NCBI GenBank assembly: GCA_002269645.1 | Contig: NIVC01000179.1 | Location: 62,001 to 126,000, forward strand | Length of the DNA stretch: 64,000 bases | Reading direction: 5' to 3' | Source of the DNA: Macrostomum lignano | Taxonomy: Eukaryota | Shown: positions 13,749 to 25,700 of the stretch, piece by piece | Layout: the number at the start of each line of letters is the position of its first letter | How positions within the stretch are numbered: the first letter of the stretch is position 1 | The notes under the pieces: generated by a model | Told to the model about the DNA's origin: nothing | Databases searched by the model: none | The model's input: only the letters and a program-made list of their open reading frames with translations | Made by a program: the position numbers and the translations under genes

Positions 13749-16700
13749 TTCTCTCTCTCTCTCTCTACCTCTCTCTCAAAAGTTGTCGTTGGACGAGAGA
13801 AAAAAGTAGAAAAAATCTAAAAGTACACTTAAACTACTATAAGTACAAAGATCGCATAAACAATTATGAAAATGTGATAGAAGTAAGTAGATATTAGACA
13901 AAATACCTTACTATCCTAAGGGTGCCAAATGTATATAAATTATTCGAGAAAAATTTGATGTGACTATTAGATTTAGTAGTTACTAGCCATCAGTGAATCA
14001 ATAATAAAAATAATCATGCACTTATAAGTAGAATTTTATAATTAAAGGAGTCAATTTGCAAATGAAAGCTACTAATAGTAGTAGCTGTGCCTGTTTGTGC
14101 GCTGAATTACCGAAAAGAATGGCTGAACAACTGGCAGAGTGCACCGGCTGGAAATCCCTTGGGTCTCCTTTTGATTTTGGACAAAAAGTTTTTGCTGATT
14201 AGCTGATTGGGAGAACATTGGAATTTTCCTGCGAATACGGCCGCCTTAGCAACCGTGACTCACCATGACAGCTGCGGCCGCTGCTGCCCGTCTTTCCTCC
14301 AGTGGAGCCGGCTTCAGGCCATCGCTGCCTCTCTGAAATGAAAATTCATATTTGTCCAGGTTTAGTTACCTGGAAATTGATTTTTTGCTGTTTTGCTATC
14401 GCGGTGAAGCTATCGCAACAGCTCACTTTGAGATACACCTGAATGAATCTGAAATAACCATGGGGCAAGCTCCTCATACAAAAGAATTACCTCTTGACAC
14501 CCAAAATATGGCTTCTGCAACCCAAAATAGCACAACTAACACAAGAAGGCGCACTCCTAAAACCCTGATTGGCACCTCTGACACCCAAAGTGGCACCTCT
14601 GACACCCAAAGTGGCACCTCTGGCACCCAAAGTGGCACCTCTGACACCAAAATTGGCACCTCTGACACCCAAAGTGGCACTTCTGACACTCAAAGAGGCA
14701 CCTCTGACACCCAAAGTGGCACCTCTGACACCCAAAGTGGCACCTCTGACACCAAAATTGGCACCTCTGGCACCCAAAGTGGCACCTCTGACACCCAAAG
14801 TGGCACCTCTGACACCAAAATTGGCACCTCTGGCACCCAAAGTGGCACCTCCGACACTCAAAGAGGCACCTCTGAACTTCAAAGAGGCACCTCTGACACT
14901 CAAAGAGGCACCTCCGACACTCAAAGAGGCACCTCTGACACTCAAAGAGGCACTTCTGACACTCAAAGAGGCACCTCTGACACTCAAAGAGGCACCTCTG
15001 AACTTCAAAGAGGCACTTCTGACACTCAAAGTGGCTCCTCTGACACTCAAAGAGGCACCTCTGACACTCAAAGAGGCACCTCCGACACTCAAAGAGGCAC
15101 CTCTGACACCCAAAGAGGCACCTCCGACACTCAAAGAGGCACCTCTGACACTCAAAGAGGCACTTCTGACACTCAAAGTGGCTCCTCTGACACTCAAAGA
15201 GGCACCTCTGACACTCAAAGAGGCTCCTCTGACACTCAAAGAGGCACTTCTGACACTCAAAGAGGCACTTCTGACACTCAAAGAGGCACCTCTGACACCC
15301 AAAGCGGCATCCCGAAATTGGTCCCAGACTCCCAACCAGATCGAACCCGCCATCTCACCCTGTTCGCCCTTTCCATCAGCCGTTCCTCGGAGAAGCACGG
15401 AATGCCGTGGTTCGAACGGCCCGCGTACTTGTTCACAAACATGGGATACTGCTTGATGCGCACCCTGCTGCTGGCCTCTTCCCAGTTCTGCGGGTGAGCA
15501 ATTGGTTTTGGATGGCGGTTCATTATTTCCTTGCATTTATGCTGATGGTGTCGCTGCATCAAGTTAACCGGTTTAGCATGCTGCTATCGTGCTTGGAAAA
15601 TAAGAGTCATGCCATTCCGGTTGAGTTAACAAGCCATCCCGCATCGTGTTCTGGTGACAGCAGCAGCAAGAGCGACGGTAGAAAAGGAAAGAATAGGAAC
15701 CCGTAAGTGGCCCGGCATGCCAGTGCATTCCTGTTGAGATGGAACAATCACCACGGCTTACAGGCCCTCTGCCTGGATAGCAATACATCTGACTGATGAC
15801 TTGATGAATGTCTGCGTATTTTGAAGGCCGAAGCCGTCACACTGGCGGCGGCGGGGACGACCTGGAGAGGCTGGAAAAGTCCATGAGGTTGAGCACGTGC
15901 AGCCGCCTGTCGTCCTGGCTGATCGCTGGGACGCGGCCGTCGGGAAGTCTCGGCGGCGGCTGCTGCAGCTGCGGTCGTTCAGAGAGGACGCGGACGCCTC
16001 TACGGCACGGAATGGCGACAGACTCGCCGCCGCTGCCGCGGATGGTCAGCTGCACGAGGCCGCGGCCGAAGTCCTGCTGCTGCGGCTGCTGCTGGCGGAA
16101 GAAGCCGCCGCAGAGGGCAGGCAGTCGAACTCTGGCCGCAGCGTCGGAGCAGAGGCCCGCCTGAGCCCCGGTGAACAGCATCGGCTGCAGGCACTCCAGG
16201 CGCTGCTGGGCCCGGGACTCGGACCTCCGCAGCAGCGGCTGGCGCCAGTACATGGCGCTGATCCGCTTGTACAAGCGGTCATCCGCTGAGCAGGTGGAGC
16301 TGGGATCCCCAGCGTCTGCGCCACCCCAATTGCCGGCCTCCTGGGCTAAGCTAAAGTACTCGGCATAGTGGGATTTCACATTGGCAGCTACCTTTTTCTG
16401 GTTAGAGCCGGTCCGACTTCCGCCAGCTTCCGCTGCATCCTGCAAAGGAAAGTACAATAAACTTTCGGAGAAATAAAGTTGCCAAGAGCGTCTTCAGTTC
16501 ACGAGGTGAAAAGCACGAGTTAGAATTGTACGGCAGACGGTAGTTTGTGCACCTGCTACAGTGGTACCTGGTGCAGCGAGTTATCCAATTGCTACAATAC
16601 GGTACTACCATCATAAAGAATCGCATGCAAGTCAGACGAACGAGTTCAAGTTTTGGTTGACAGTTTGGTTGGATGGTTGAATAAAGGACAGAATATAACT

Positions 16701-19700
16701 GGAGAGTGTCAAGACTGAGATATTCACGTTTAGCTGTGTGCCAAATGACCAAATGCATCCGAAATAAGTTTTCTGTTTTCAATTGCAAACTTGATTGGCG
16801 CTGACTTTGGTTAAAGAGTGCTGAGTGAGTTCGATCGGGCCTAATCGGCATGCTCATTCAGGTGTTAGACAGGCAATAGGCTCGTAAGCATCAGAAATGT
16901 TGTTGTTAGCTTGCTGTAGCACTGTGATTCATAATGACACGCCGAGTTTTACTGCATCATAGCCTTACGGAAGCACGAAAGATAGATTTAGAATTTCTCG
17001 AATCCGATCTTCTTTGGACCGTCGGGCTTGCGATGGGAGTTTCTGGCGTCAGAAACTGGAATCTTGCCTATGTTTGTTGTGGTAGAGCAGCAGCCTCTAA
17101 GTTATATGAGAAATTATACCCGTTCTAGTCCTTCAAACTTCAGTAGCTACTGAGACTATGAGGAGGGTCACAAATCTGTCCCAAACAAGGGCAGCACAGA
17201 ACCACAGCAGGGTGAACTGGAGCTCGGCTTTATTTTCCACTCGTTCTCACAGTGACTGCTGAGCGAGTGAACCGCAGGTGAATCAGCGTAATTCCCAGAG
17301 CGCCAACTCACTGCGCTAAAAGACTTTTAAAACTGTCGGAGCTCACCGCCACCTCCTTGGAGTCCCGTCGATGCTGAGCTGCCGCCGCACCGCCGACCCG
17401 CTTCCGTTTTTCCGCCGCCGTAGGTGGCTCCGGCGGCATCTCCGGCTCCGACTCCGAGTCTGAATCGCTCGAGCTGAGGGAAGTTTGCGGTTTCTTAGAA
17501 TTTCGATTGGCTGGCGTTCATCAATTCATAAAAGAGCTTGCGTGCTGAGGAGGTCAATAGGAGGACCTATTGCGAGTTCAAATCTCATTTCTGGACATGC
17601 ACATAAAAGCTCTTAGGAGTCGAACCCGGGCCACCTGGGTAAGAGCCACGAAACTCACTCTGACTCCTCAGCACCGTCGATGCCCAAAGTGCGCAGGATG
17701 CCCGCGCAGTCGCCCATGGTCTGCAGGGACAGGCGGTCCAATAGGCAGCGCATTCTGGCGTCGCTCGACTCGCCCGGAGGCGTCGGAGCAGCGCGCCGGC
17801 CGTCCTGCAGCGCCGACTTCAACAGCTGCATTGTGGACTCTTTGTCCGCGTCCGGGACGTTGGCAGACTCTTGATTTGCTGGTTGAATGATTGAATGGAT
17901 GAAAGAATAAATGCAGGGTTGGGGTTTTATAAACTTGCTGCTTGGATATAATGAAATGAAATTCTTCATTTTTTTGGTGAACGTATCTCAAACTTCTCAA
18001 ACTAAAGAAGCAATTTGTTTTGGTTCGGTATTAATTAGTAATAGTATTTGATGGGCTATCATTTGAACTTTTCAGTCTTTCTCACCCTCCGCGGTCTTCT
18101 TATCCACCAGACTGAGCTGCCGCTCGACATCAACGCCGCGCTCATTGAGCACGTTGAGCACAAGGTCAAATGTCATGTCTACGACCACCTGTGACTGTCG
18201 AGTGGTGTCAGACTTCACCTGCTGATACTGCCAGAGAGCGCTGGCCAGACTGCCGCCCATTGTCTCCAGATCCTCCGTGTTGAAATGGCGCGAGTCCTCT
18301 CTAGAAGATGCATTTTAATTTATGCTCAATGGTTAATTCTTTACCTAGCTCGTAACTTTAAACATTTAACTAAAGCTGCTCAAAACTTCGTTGAGTAGTT
18401 CGATACACGCAAATAAAAACCCTGCGAGTCAAAAGCTCGAGTATCGCTACATGTTTGACGGGAATGGACCATTTTTTATTACGCCTGCCCTATAATGGGC
18501 AGATGTGCAACCGACAGCTCAGTCTCAGCCATTGCGCGCGGCGCATCTGAAGGCTGCGTACGGCTGTTCAGTCCAAGGACTGGGGGGTCGCCACACACCC
18601 TCAATTACCCCAGCTAATGCTGGCACCCATTTTACAGCTGGGTGAACTGAAGCAATGCAGAGTTAAGTGTCTTGCTCAAGGACACAAATTGTTCCTATTG
18701 GGTCGAGAATCGAACCCCCGACCTATCAGTCGTGAGTCCGACACTCTAACCACTATTCTACAACCCCTTACCAGCTCTCATGCACTCACTCAGTGACGCT
18801 GGTACCGCTGAACGTGGCCTCCATTGTGAAGGAGTTTGCGATATCAAACTGGCGCCACATGACCACGCGCCCGGTGGCCTCCTTGCAGCGCCGAATGTTG
18901 AACCGGCAGCCGTGGAAGGAGAACAGGCCAGGGGCGCAGCGCGACACCAGCCAAGGGAAGAGGCGCTCGTTGAGGAAAGCCTCCGGCTGGAGTCGGAGAC
19001 GAACTGCGTTCACTCGAACTGGCTCAACGTCGCGGTACTGCGAGTCGCAGCCGTACATGAACACGTGCGATTTGCGGGAATGGCCGTGCAGGTCGCAGTA
19101 AAGCGCCACCGGGCGCTCCTTGGCAAAGCTCTCCAACATAGCCTTGGTGTGGTACACTGTGGGAAATGTCTCCTTCCGAGGGTGTCTGTAGTTTCTATTT
19201 AGGTCGCGGCCGGCAAGAGAGGTCCGGTAGTTGCCAACGATTACTCCGTCGGGGTTTAGCATGGGCACGATCTGGGGAGGTTTTTTGGGTTGTCATGGAC
19301 AGATAAAATATTTTATTGAGTTACAGAGTTTTAAAGAAGAATTTGCACGTTCTAAAAATGGGGGTTGTTGATGGCTGGTGCTTGGTTTGATGCAGTTTCA
19401 GCAGGGCATTCTATGCAACAGACGGCCCCCACCTTGAAAATGAAATGCTTCCGCAGCTCCCTGGCCTCTGGCCCGTCACCGGTTAGAAAGTCGATTAGGC
19501 CCTTCATCATCCAGCTGCTGTTGGCTTCGCCGGGGTGCACCCGGGCTGTGACAACCACGCCGTGCTTGCCTTCGTCTGGTACGTCTGCGGAAAATTTTAT
19601 TGTCGGTGGGAACAGGCGAGCCATGTACAAGGGATGACAATAAAGGGATTGAGTAGAGGAATGAAAACGCGTCTAACTCAGACCTAATTTTTTAGTTAAG

Positions 19701-22700
19701 CTAATGATGCTCACCGGGGTCTGTCACAGTGAGCAGGAAGCAGGCGTTCCCGGCTCGAGTCTCGCACAGGATTTCCTCTCTGGCGTGCCGCCGCCTCAGC
19801 TGGTCGCGCTGCAGTCCGGCCAGGTCGGAGCGCAGGTCCGAGTAGGTGTACGGATAGCAGTGGGCCAGGTAGCAGCTGTCCGACTCGTGCGGGAAGTCCT
19901 GGAGTGACCGGCGTGCGAAACTTGCATGGGTGCTTAGAGTAGTTACAGTAGTAAATTGGTAAATAAATCTTTAGTTATAGGAAGGACTCGCTTATAGGTT
20001 CAATACATGTAGTTTATTATACAAACTGCACCACTGCAGCCTCACCATTTGCCACTCCAGCTGGTAATAAGCCATGTCTCTCTGCAGCAGCGCGGACTGC
20101 AGGCGGGTCGCATTTCTTGAATATCGAATGTGGTGGCCGGCCCTGTGCCAGCCCAGACCCCGGGTCTGAGCTGACTTCTCCGAATAGCACAGCGGTTTCA
20201 TGCCCTCCCCGTACAGGCTGCTGGACTTGAGCAGGTTCACGATCACGAATTTGTACACAATTCCCGGCCGCGCGTTCTGCACCCGGAAGTAGAACCACTG
20301 CGTGTGCCGCTTGGTGTACAGGTCGGTGCGCAGTACCAGCTCGTACTCAAACATGCCGCTGCGGCGGGGTGCACAGAGACAAGGTAGACACGAGAGATAT
20401 TTATTCGTAACTTATGCTTTAAGTAAGTTAAGTAATCTAGTTGGTAATTCGGCATCGCATCAGAAGCGTAGCCAGGATCTCTCATTGGGAGCGTTGTGTT
20501 TATTTAAGTGGGCACCAGTGTTAAGCGCGCCAGCACCATAGGCGCTTGATGTGATGACACACAAAAAATGGGGCTCGAACCTCGCGCAGGCAGACCGAGA
20601 CCAGTTTCTGGCTTGTTTGTCTTCGTCAGTCAGCCATCGCCTCACTCCGTCCTCTCCTACCACTCTCAGTGTGCAAAGACACTTCTTTTATGGCGACATT
20701 TCAGTCTACGTGAGAGATTTTACTATTAAAATCTTTACTCGTCTACTTCTCTGAGTAGTCTAAATTGAATCTCTCAGCACTAGACCTGAGACGACATATA
20801 ATTTTTGCATGACGACCCATTTTGCCCTCTAACTCTTAAGACAACTTCTGTATCGTGTGCTCCAGTTCAATCAAATTTTCACAAGCTTACTATTTCAATT
20901 CACAAGGATTTTGCAAGTATGCAGCAAATATTGTTTCACAAGTCAGCTCTGAAACAGCAGTGATTGAAGGCATGAATCCCCAATGCCAACGGGGCTCGGC
21001 ACAACAGAAGCTACATGCAGGTAGGCAGGCCGGCAGGCAGAGTGGAGTTCACGGATGAGTGAGCTGGACCCGCCAGTTGGGCACGCAAAGTTCTGTCACA
21101 CTCAGCTACTACCTGGGTGGGACAGGTGGAAATGTTAGCCGCTCCATCAGCTGCGGTACTGCGGTCCAGTCCTAATAAATTTTGCAGCAGCTAATAGCGC
21201 TGAGGCCGCACCGGGGTCTGGGAATCTCCTTGACCACTTCTTTACTCTCTCTGTATCTTCTCTCGCCCTCACGCGTCTGTCATGCAGCAGCCCATCTCCA
21301 ACGCAAGTCTCATTGCGCATTGAACTGGTCAGAATTTTCAGTCAATTGGTTGAATTCCACATAAAATCTCTGACGGAAAACTTCCGACCGAAATCACCAA
21401 ACAATGGCTAGTTGAGGGCGCGGGGCATATTTTTGGGGCATGCTGCTAAAGCAATAGGAACTACTCGTAAGAACTAGTATTACAAGTAGCTTTATTGAAG
21501 AATTTCCTGATTTTTAAGGGCACAATGTTACCTTTAATATGTACTTAGCAACATTGAAAAGTCGCCACCTATGCGTCCAGTGGGCAGTCTTACGACCAGC
21601 GTCTATCACCTGGCCAACCATTTTGATGTTAAAAATGCTTGAAAAAATATGAAAATCGGGCAGAAGCTTCACTCAAAAGTCAACACTGAGCTAGAATATG
21701 ACACAAATTTGAAGTAAAAGTTTACTATTTCTGTACATTAAATAAAAATAAGACTCTGATCGCAAAATTAAGCGTACAATATTGTGCGACTTGGTAGCAG
21801 CCTGAATCAGTGTAGTTTGTAGGAGAGAGTGCGGTTATGCAACCCCTACTTATTTCGATGTCGTAAATGCCTATGTACTTTGCGCGTAAGTGGATGACTG
21901 GCCTGACTGACTTTTACGCGGGATGACTCAGCCCAGATTCTGCATGCGCCGCGCTGATTGGTCAGCTCCGATAATGAGAATTGACTCTCTGTACATTGCC
22001 TCTCCAACAGCTCTATCACCTTTCGATTGGACTCGCAACAACCCCAACTCTGCCTAGCTAGCAGCTTTCACGCTATTAAAGACTATGCAGTTTCATTATG
22101 CTACTGGAAAATAGACGAGACGCCGCTTCTACGTTGTTCAACTGCGAGGCCAGGCAAGCATAATGGAGCAAACGCAGCAGCTTCAGCCGCATCAGCAACA
22201 ACAGCGGCCTAATCAAGAGACCATGATGATCTTGAACATGCGAGGGGAGCGCATGTACTTCCCCAAATCTGTTTTGAATAATGAGAGGTACACAGGACTG
22301 AGGCAGATGCTGGATGAAAATAAAATCACAGAATGGCCCAATAATGAAAGCTATTACGACTTGGATCCGACCGTGTTTCGCCTCTTACTCAACTATTACC
22401 GCCACGGAAACATGCACCTGCCTACGTACCTGTGCGGACCGCTGCTAGAAAAGGAGCTGCAATCCTGGAATGTGAGGATAACGCCTGACCGGCTGGAGTC
22501 GTGCTGCATGCACACCGCAATGGACAGCAAGTATTGGAAGGTGCTGCTCGACGACTTCGAGAAGAACGCTTTAGCGGATCCCGAGGAGGACGAGCTGCCG
22601 GAGACGAAGAAGTCAACGCTGCACCGGCTGTGGCCTTTGCTGAACCAGCCCTGCAGCTCTATACCCGCCATCATCTACGCCACACTGATGGTCCTCTGCT

Positions 22701-25700
22701 CCATCGCCTCCGCCGTGATGTACACAAAGGATCCGCCGCACCAGTGCAGCGACTGGGGACACCGCGGCGCTTTGACTGCCAACTGCACGCTGCCCAACGG
22801 CTCGCTTGACGAAGCGGCCCGCTCAGACTTTGCCTACGTAATCTGTCAGAGCGCGTTCACTCTGCTCTTCACGGTGGACCTCATGCTGCGGGCTCTGCTC
22901 ACCCCGAATCGAGCCGTATTTGTCCGGTCGCCTCATACCTGGAACGACGTTGTTTCGCTGGTGCCGCTGTACGGCTTCCTGCTGTACCGCATGACCGGCA
23001 GCCGGCTCGACCTGCGCAGCCCGGTCGGCTGGCTGTTCGAGCTGCTCAGCGTCGCTCTGTTCTTCCGCGTGTTCCGCATCATCCGCCACTTCATGGGCAT
23101 CCGCGTGCTGGCCTACACCCTGCTGAACGGGCTCAGCGACCTTCTCATGGTGGTGCTGTTGGTGTTCACCGCTACCTTCCTATTTGGCACCATCTTCTTT
23201 CTGATGGAGCGCGCCGACAAGGAAAATCAGGATAAAGTTCCGACAATGTTTCATGGCTACTACTGGGCGGTGATCACCATCACCACCGTTGGCTACGGAG
23301 ACATCACGCCGAATACGGTCGAGGGTCGAGTTCTCGCCATCCTGTGCAGCCTCGTAGGGCTCATCGTTGTAGCCGTCACGGTGCCCATTGTGAGCGAAAG
23401 CTTCCAGCGCTACTATGGCCACACCTCGCACCTGTCTGTGCGCGGCGAGGTCGGCAAGTTCGCTTTCAAGGCCAAGAAGTCGGTTAAAAGGGCTAAGAAC
23501 TGGCTGTACCATTCGGGCTTCTAGCAAGTCTATTTGAAACTGTTACTGTTCTGCAGTCTAATATGATAGCCAGTGCTTTTAAATGTAGAAGTATCTAGAT
23601 GAAACTGCTGCTCAAGTATTAGGTTTTCAAAAAAGGCACTCTATAAACTATTAACTTTATAATCCAACTTTGCCTCTCATCACAAAGCTGGCGCAACTTT
23701 TGTTCTCAGAAAATTTTCAAGCTATGCGATCAATTTTGGCTTTGTTCTCTTTTAATTTCCTGTGCTTTTTCATTTTTTCGTATGTAAACAATAATTCGAT
23801 AAAGCAGTGTTTTGATTATAGCCATTGATTTCGCTGTTATCATTTTGTGCTTTTCGGTTAGTTTTTTAACCAAAAAATAAAAAAAACTGACACCATTGCA
23901 ACCCTTCTCTATTCGGTTTTGTTGTGTTTTGAAACCTGAAAAGGAGTTAATTCTGAACTACTTTTTTCTCATTAGCAACATCCGGTTAGCAACATCCGTT
24001 AGCAACATTCAGTTAGCAACATCCGCTTAGCAACATCCGGTTAGCAAATATCCGTTAGCAACATCCGCTTAGCAACATCCGGTTAGCAAATATCCGTTAG
24101 CAACATCCGCTTAGCAACATCCGGTTAGCAAATATCCGTTAGCAACATTCAGTTAGCAACATCCGGTTAGCAAATATCCGTTAGCAACATCCGCTTAGCA
24201 ACATCCGGTTAGCAAATATGCGTTAGTAACATTCAGTTAGCAACATCCGGTTAGCAAATATGCGTTAGCAACATTCAGTTAGCAACATCCGGTTAGCAAC
24301 ATCTGGTTAGCAACATCCGGTTAGCAACATCCGGTTAGCAACATCCGGTTAGCAACATCCGGTTAGCCACATCCGGTTAGCAACATCCGGTTAGCAACAT
24401 CCGGATAGCATAAATCAGGCCACCGAATGGGGTTTCCCTGCAGCGCCTGGCTCAGACTTTCTGAGTTTCCAAAGCTCAAGTTTTTATTCTTAATCAGCCT
24501 GGCTCACATCCGGGAGAAGGGGAAGCTCTTTCAGTGGTTCTACTGCGAACATAACGGGGACACTCACACGCGCCGAGCCTGTCTAAGATTGCCGGACTCG
24601 AAACGGGACTCGAACAACAGTGACGGACAGGTGTCCTCCGGCACATTCGGCGGGCTGTAGTGCCTGGGGCTGCGCTCGCTATCGAATACGATCTGGGTGC
24701 CGCGCCATCTGCCGCTGAACTGGGTGCGCTGCGTGTCGAAAGTCACCGTCGGCTCGCTGCCTGTAAGTGGAGAGGCGGAAGGCGGCTGCTGAGATGCTGG
24801 GGAGGGGTGGGTGCGGGGTGTGGGTGCTGGGGAAGGGTTGGAGTGCGGGGTGTGGGTGCTGGGGAAGGGTTGGTGTGCGGGCTGTGGGTGCTGGGGAAGG
24901 GTTGGCGTGCGGGGTGTGGGTGCTGGGAAAGGGTTGGCGTGCGGGTTGTAGGTGCTGGGGAAGGGTTGGTGTGCGGGGTTTGGGTGCTGGGGAAGGGTTG
25001 GCGTGCGGGGTGTGGGTGCTGGGGAAGGGTTGGCGTGCGGGGTGTGGGTGCTGGGAAAGGGTTGGCGTGCGGGGTGTGGGTGCTGGGGAAGGGTTGGCGT
25101 GCGGGGTGTGGGTGCTGGTGAAGGGTTGGCGTGCGGGGTGTGGGTGCTGGGGAAGGGTTGGTGTGCGGGGTGGTTGTGCCGACTTCTAACTAAATGCAGA
25201 CTCCTTCCGACTTTTTCTATTTTCAAAGAGCCGCGACAGCAAAACAAAGGCGACAAAACTAGGATTCAGCAGACCCGCTTGCTTTTAGAAGAAGCAGGAG
25301 AAGCCTGAAGTTATCGCCAGCATGTGGGCGGAAAATAAAGCAGGAAACAGCGCGAATTCCGTCCCATAATGCCAGAGAAGTGGGAAGAATGCCGGAACGC
25401 TCTCTAAAGAAAGCTTCTACCTGGCAGAAATTATTGCAGCGTGCGCTTTCCGGTGTGTTTATTCTAGGAAACTCTTTCCCGTTTGATGTTTCTAATGGCA
25501 AAGGCAAAGTGCTTTGTTGAAACTAATTTTTTTGCTCATTACTACATACTCTAGTGTGCCCAGACAGACACTCGCTATTAAATACAGCAAATATTTGACA
25601 AAAATAACTTCGCCAATGCATTGCCAGAACAGAGGGAGGCAAGGGCGGGAAGAGAAGCTACCCTGCTGTTTGCAGTTCAGGGTGTCCCCTTTCATCCCTC

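Noticed and set aside
14352-15536. Long ORFs (381, 349, 295 aa) of GTSDTQR / EAPLTLK repeats resembling mucin or adhesive proteins
   Set aside because: A 21-bp stop-free monomer opens several frames on both strands; the array lies inside a phased CCP intron.
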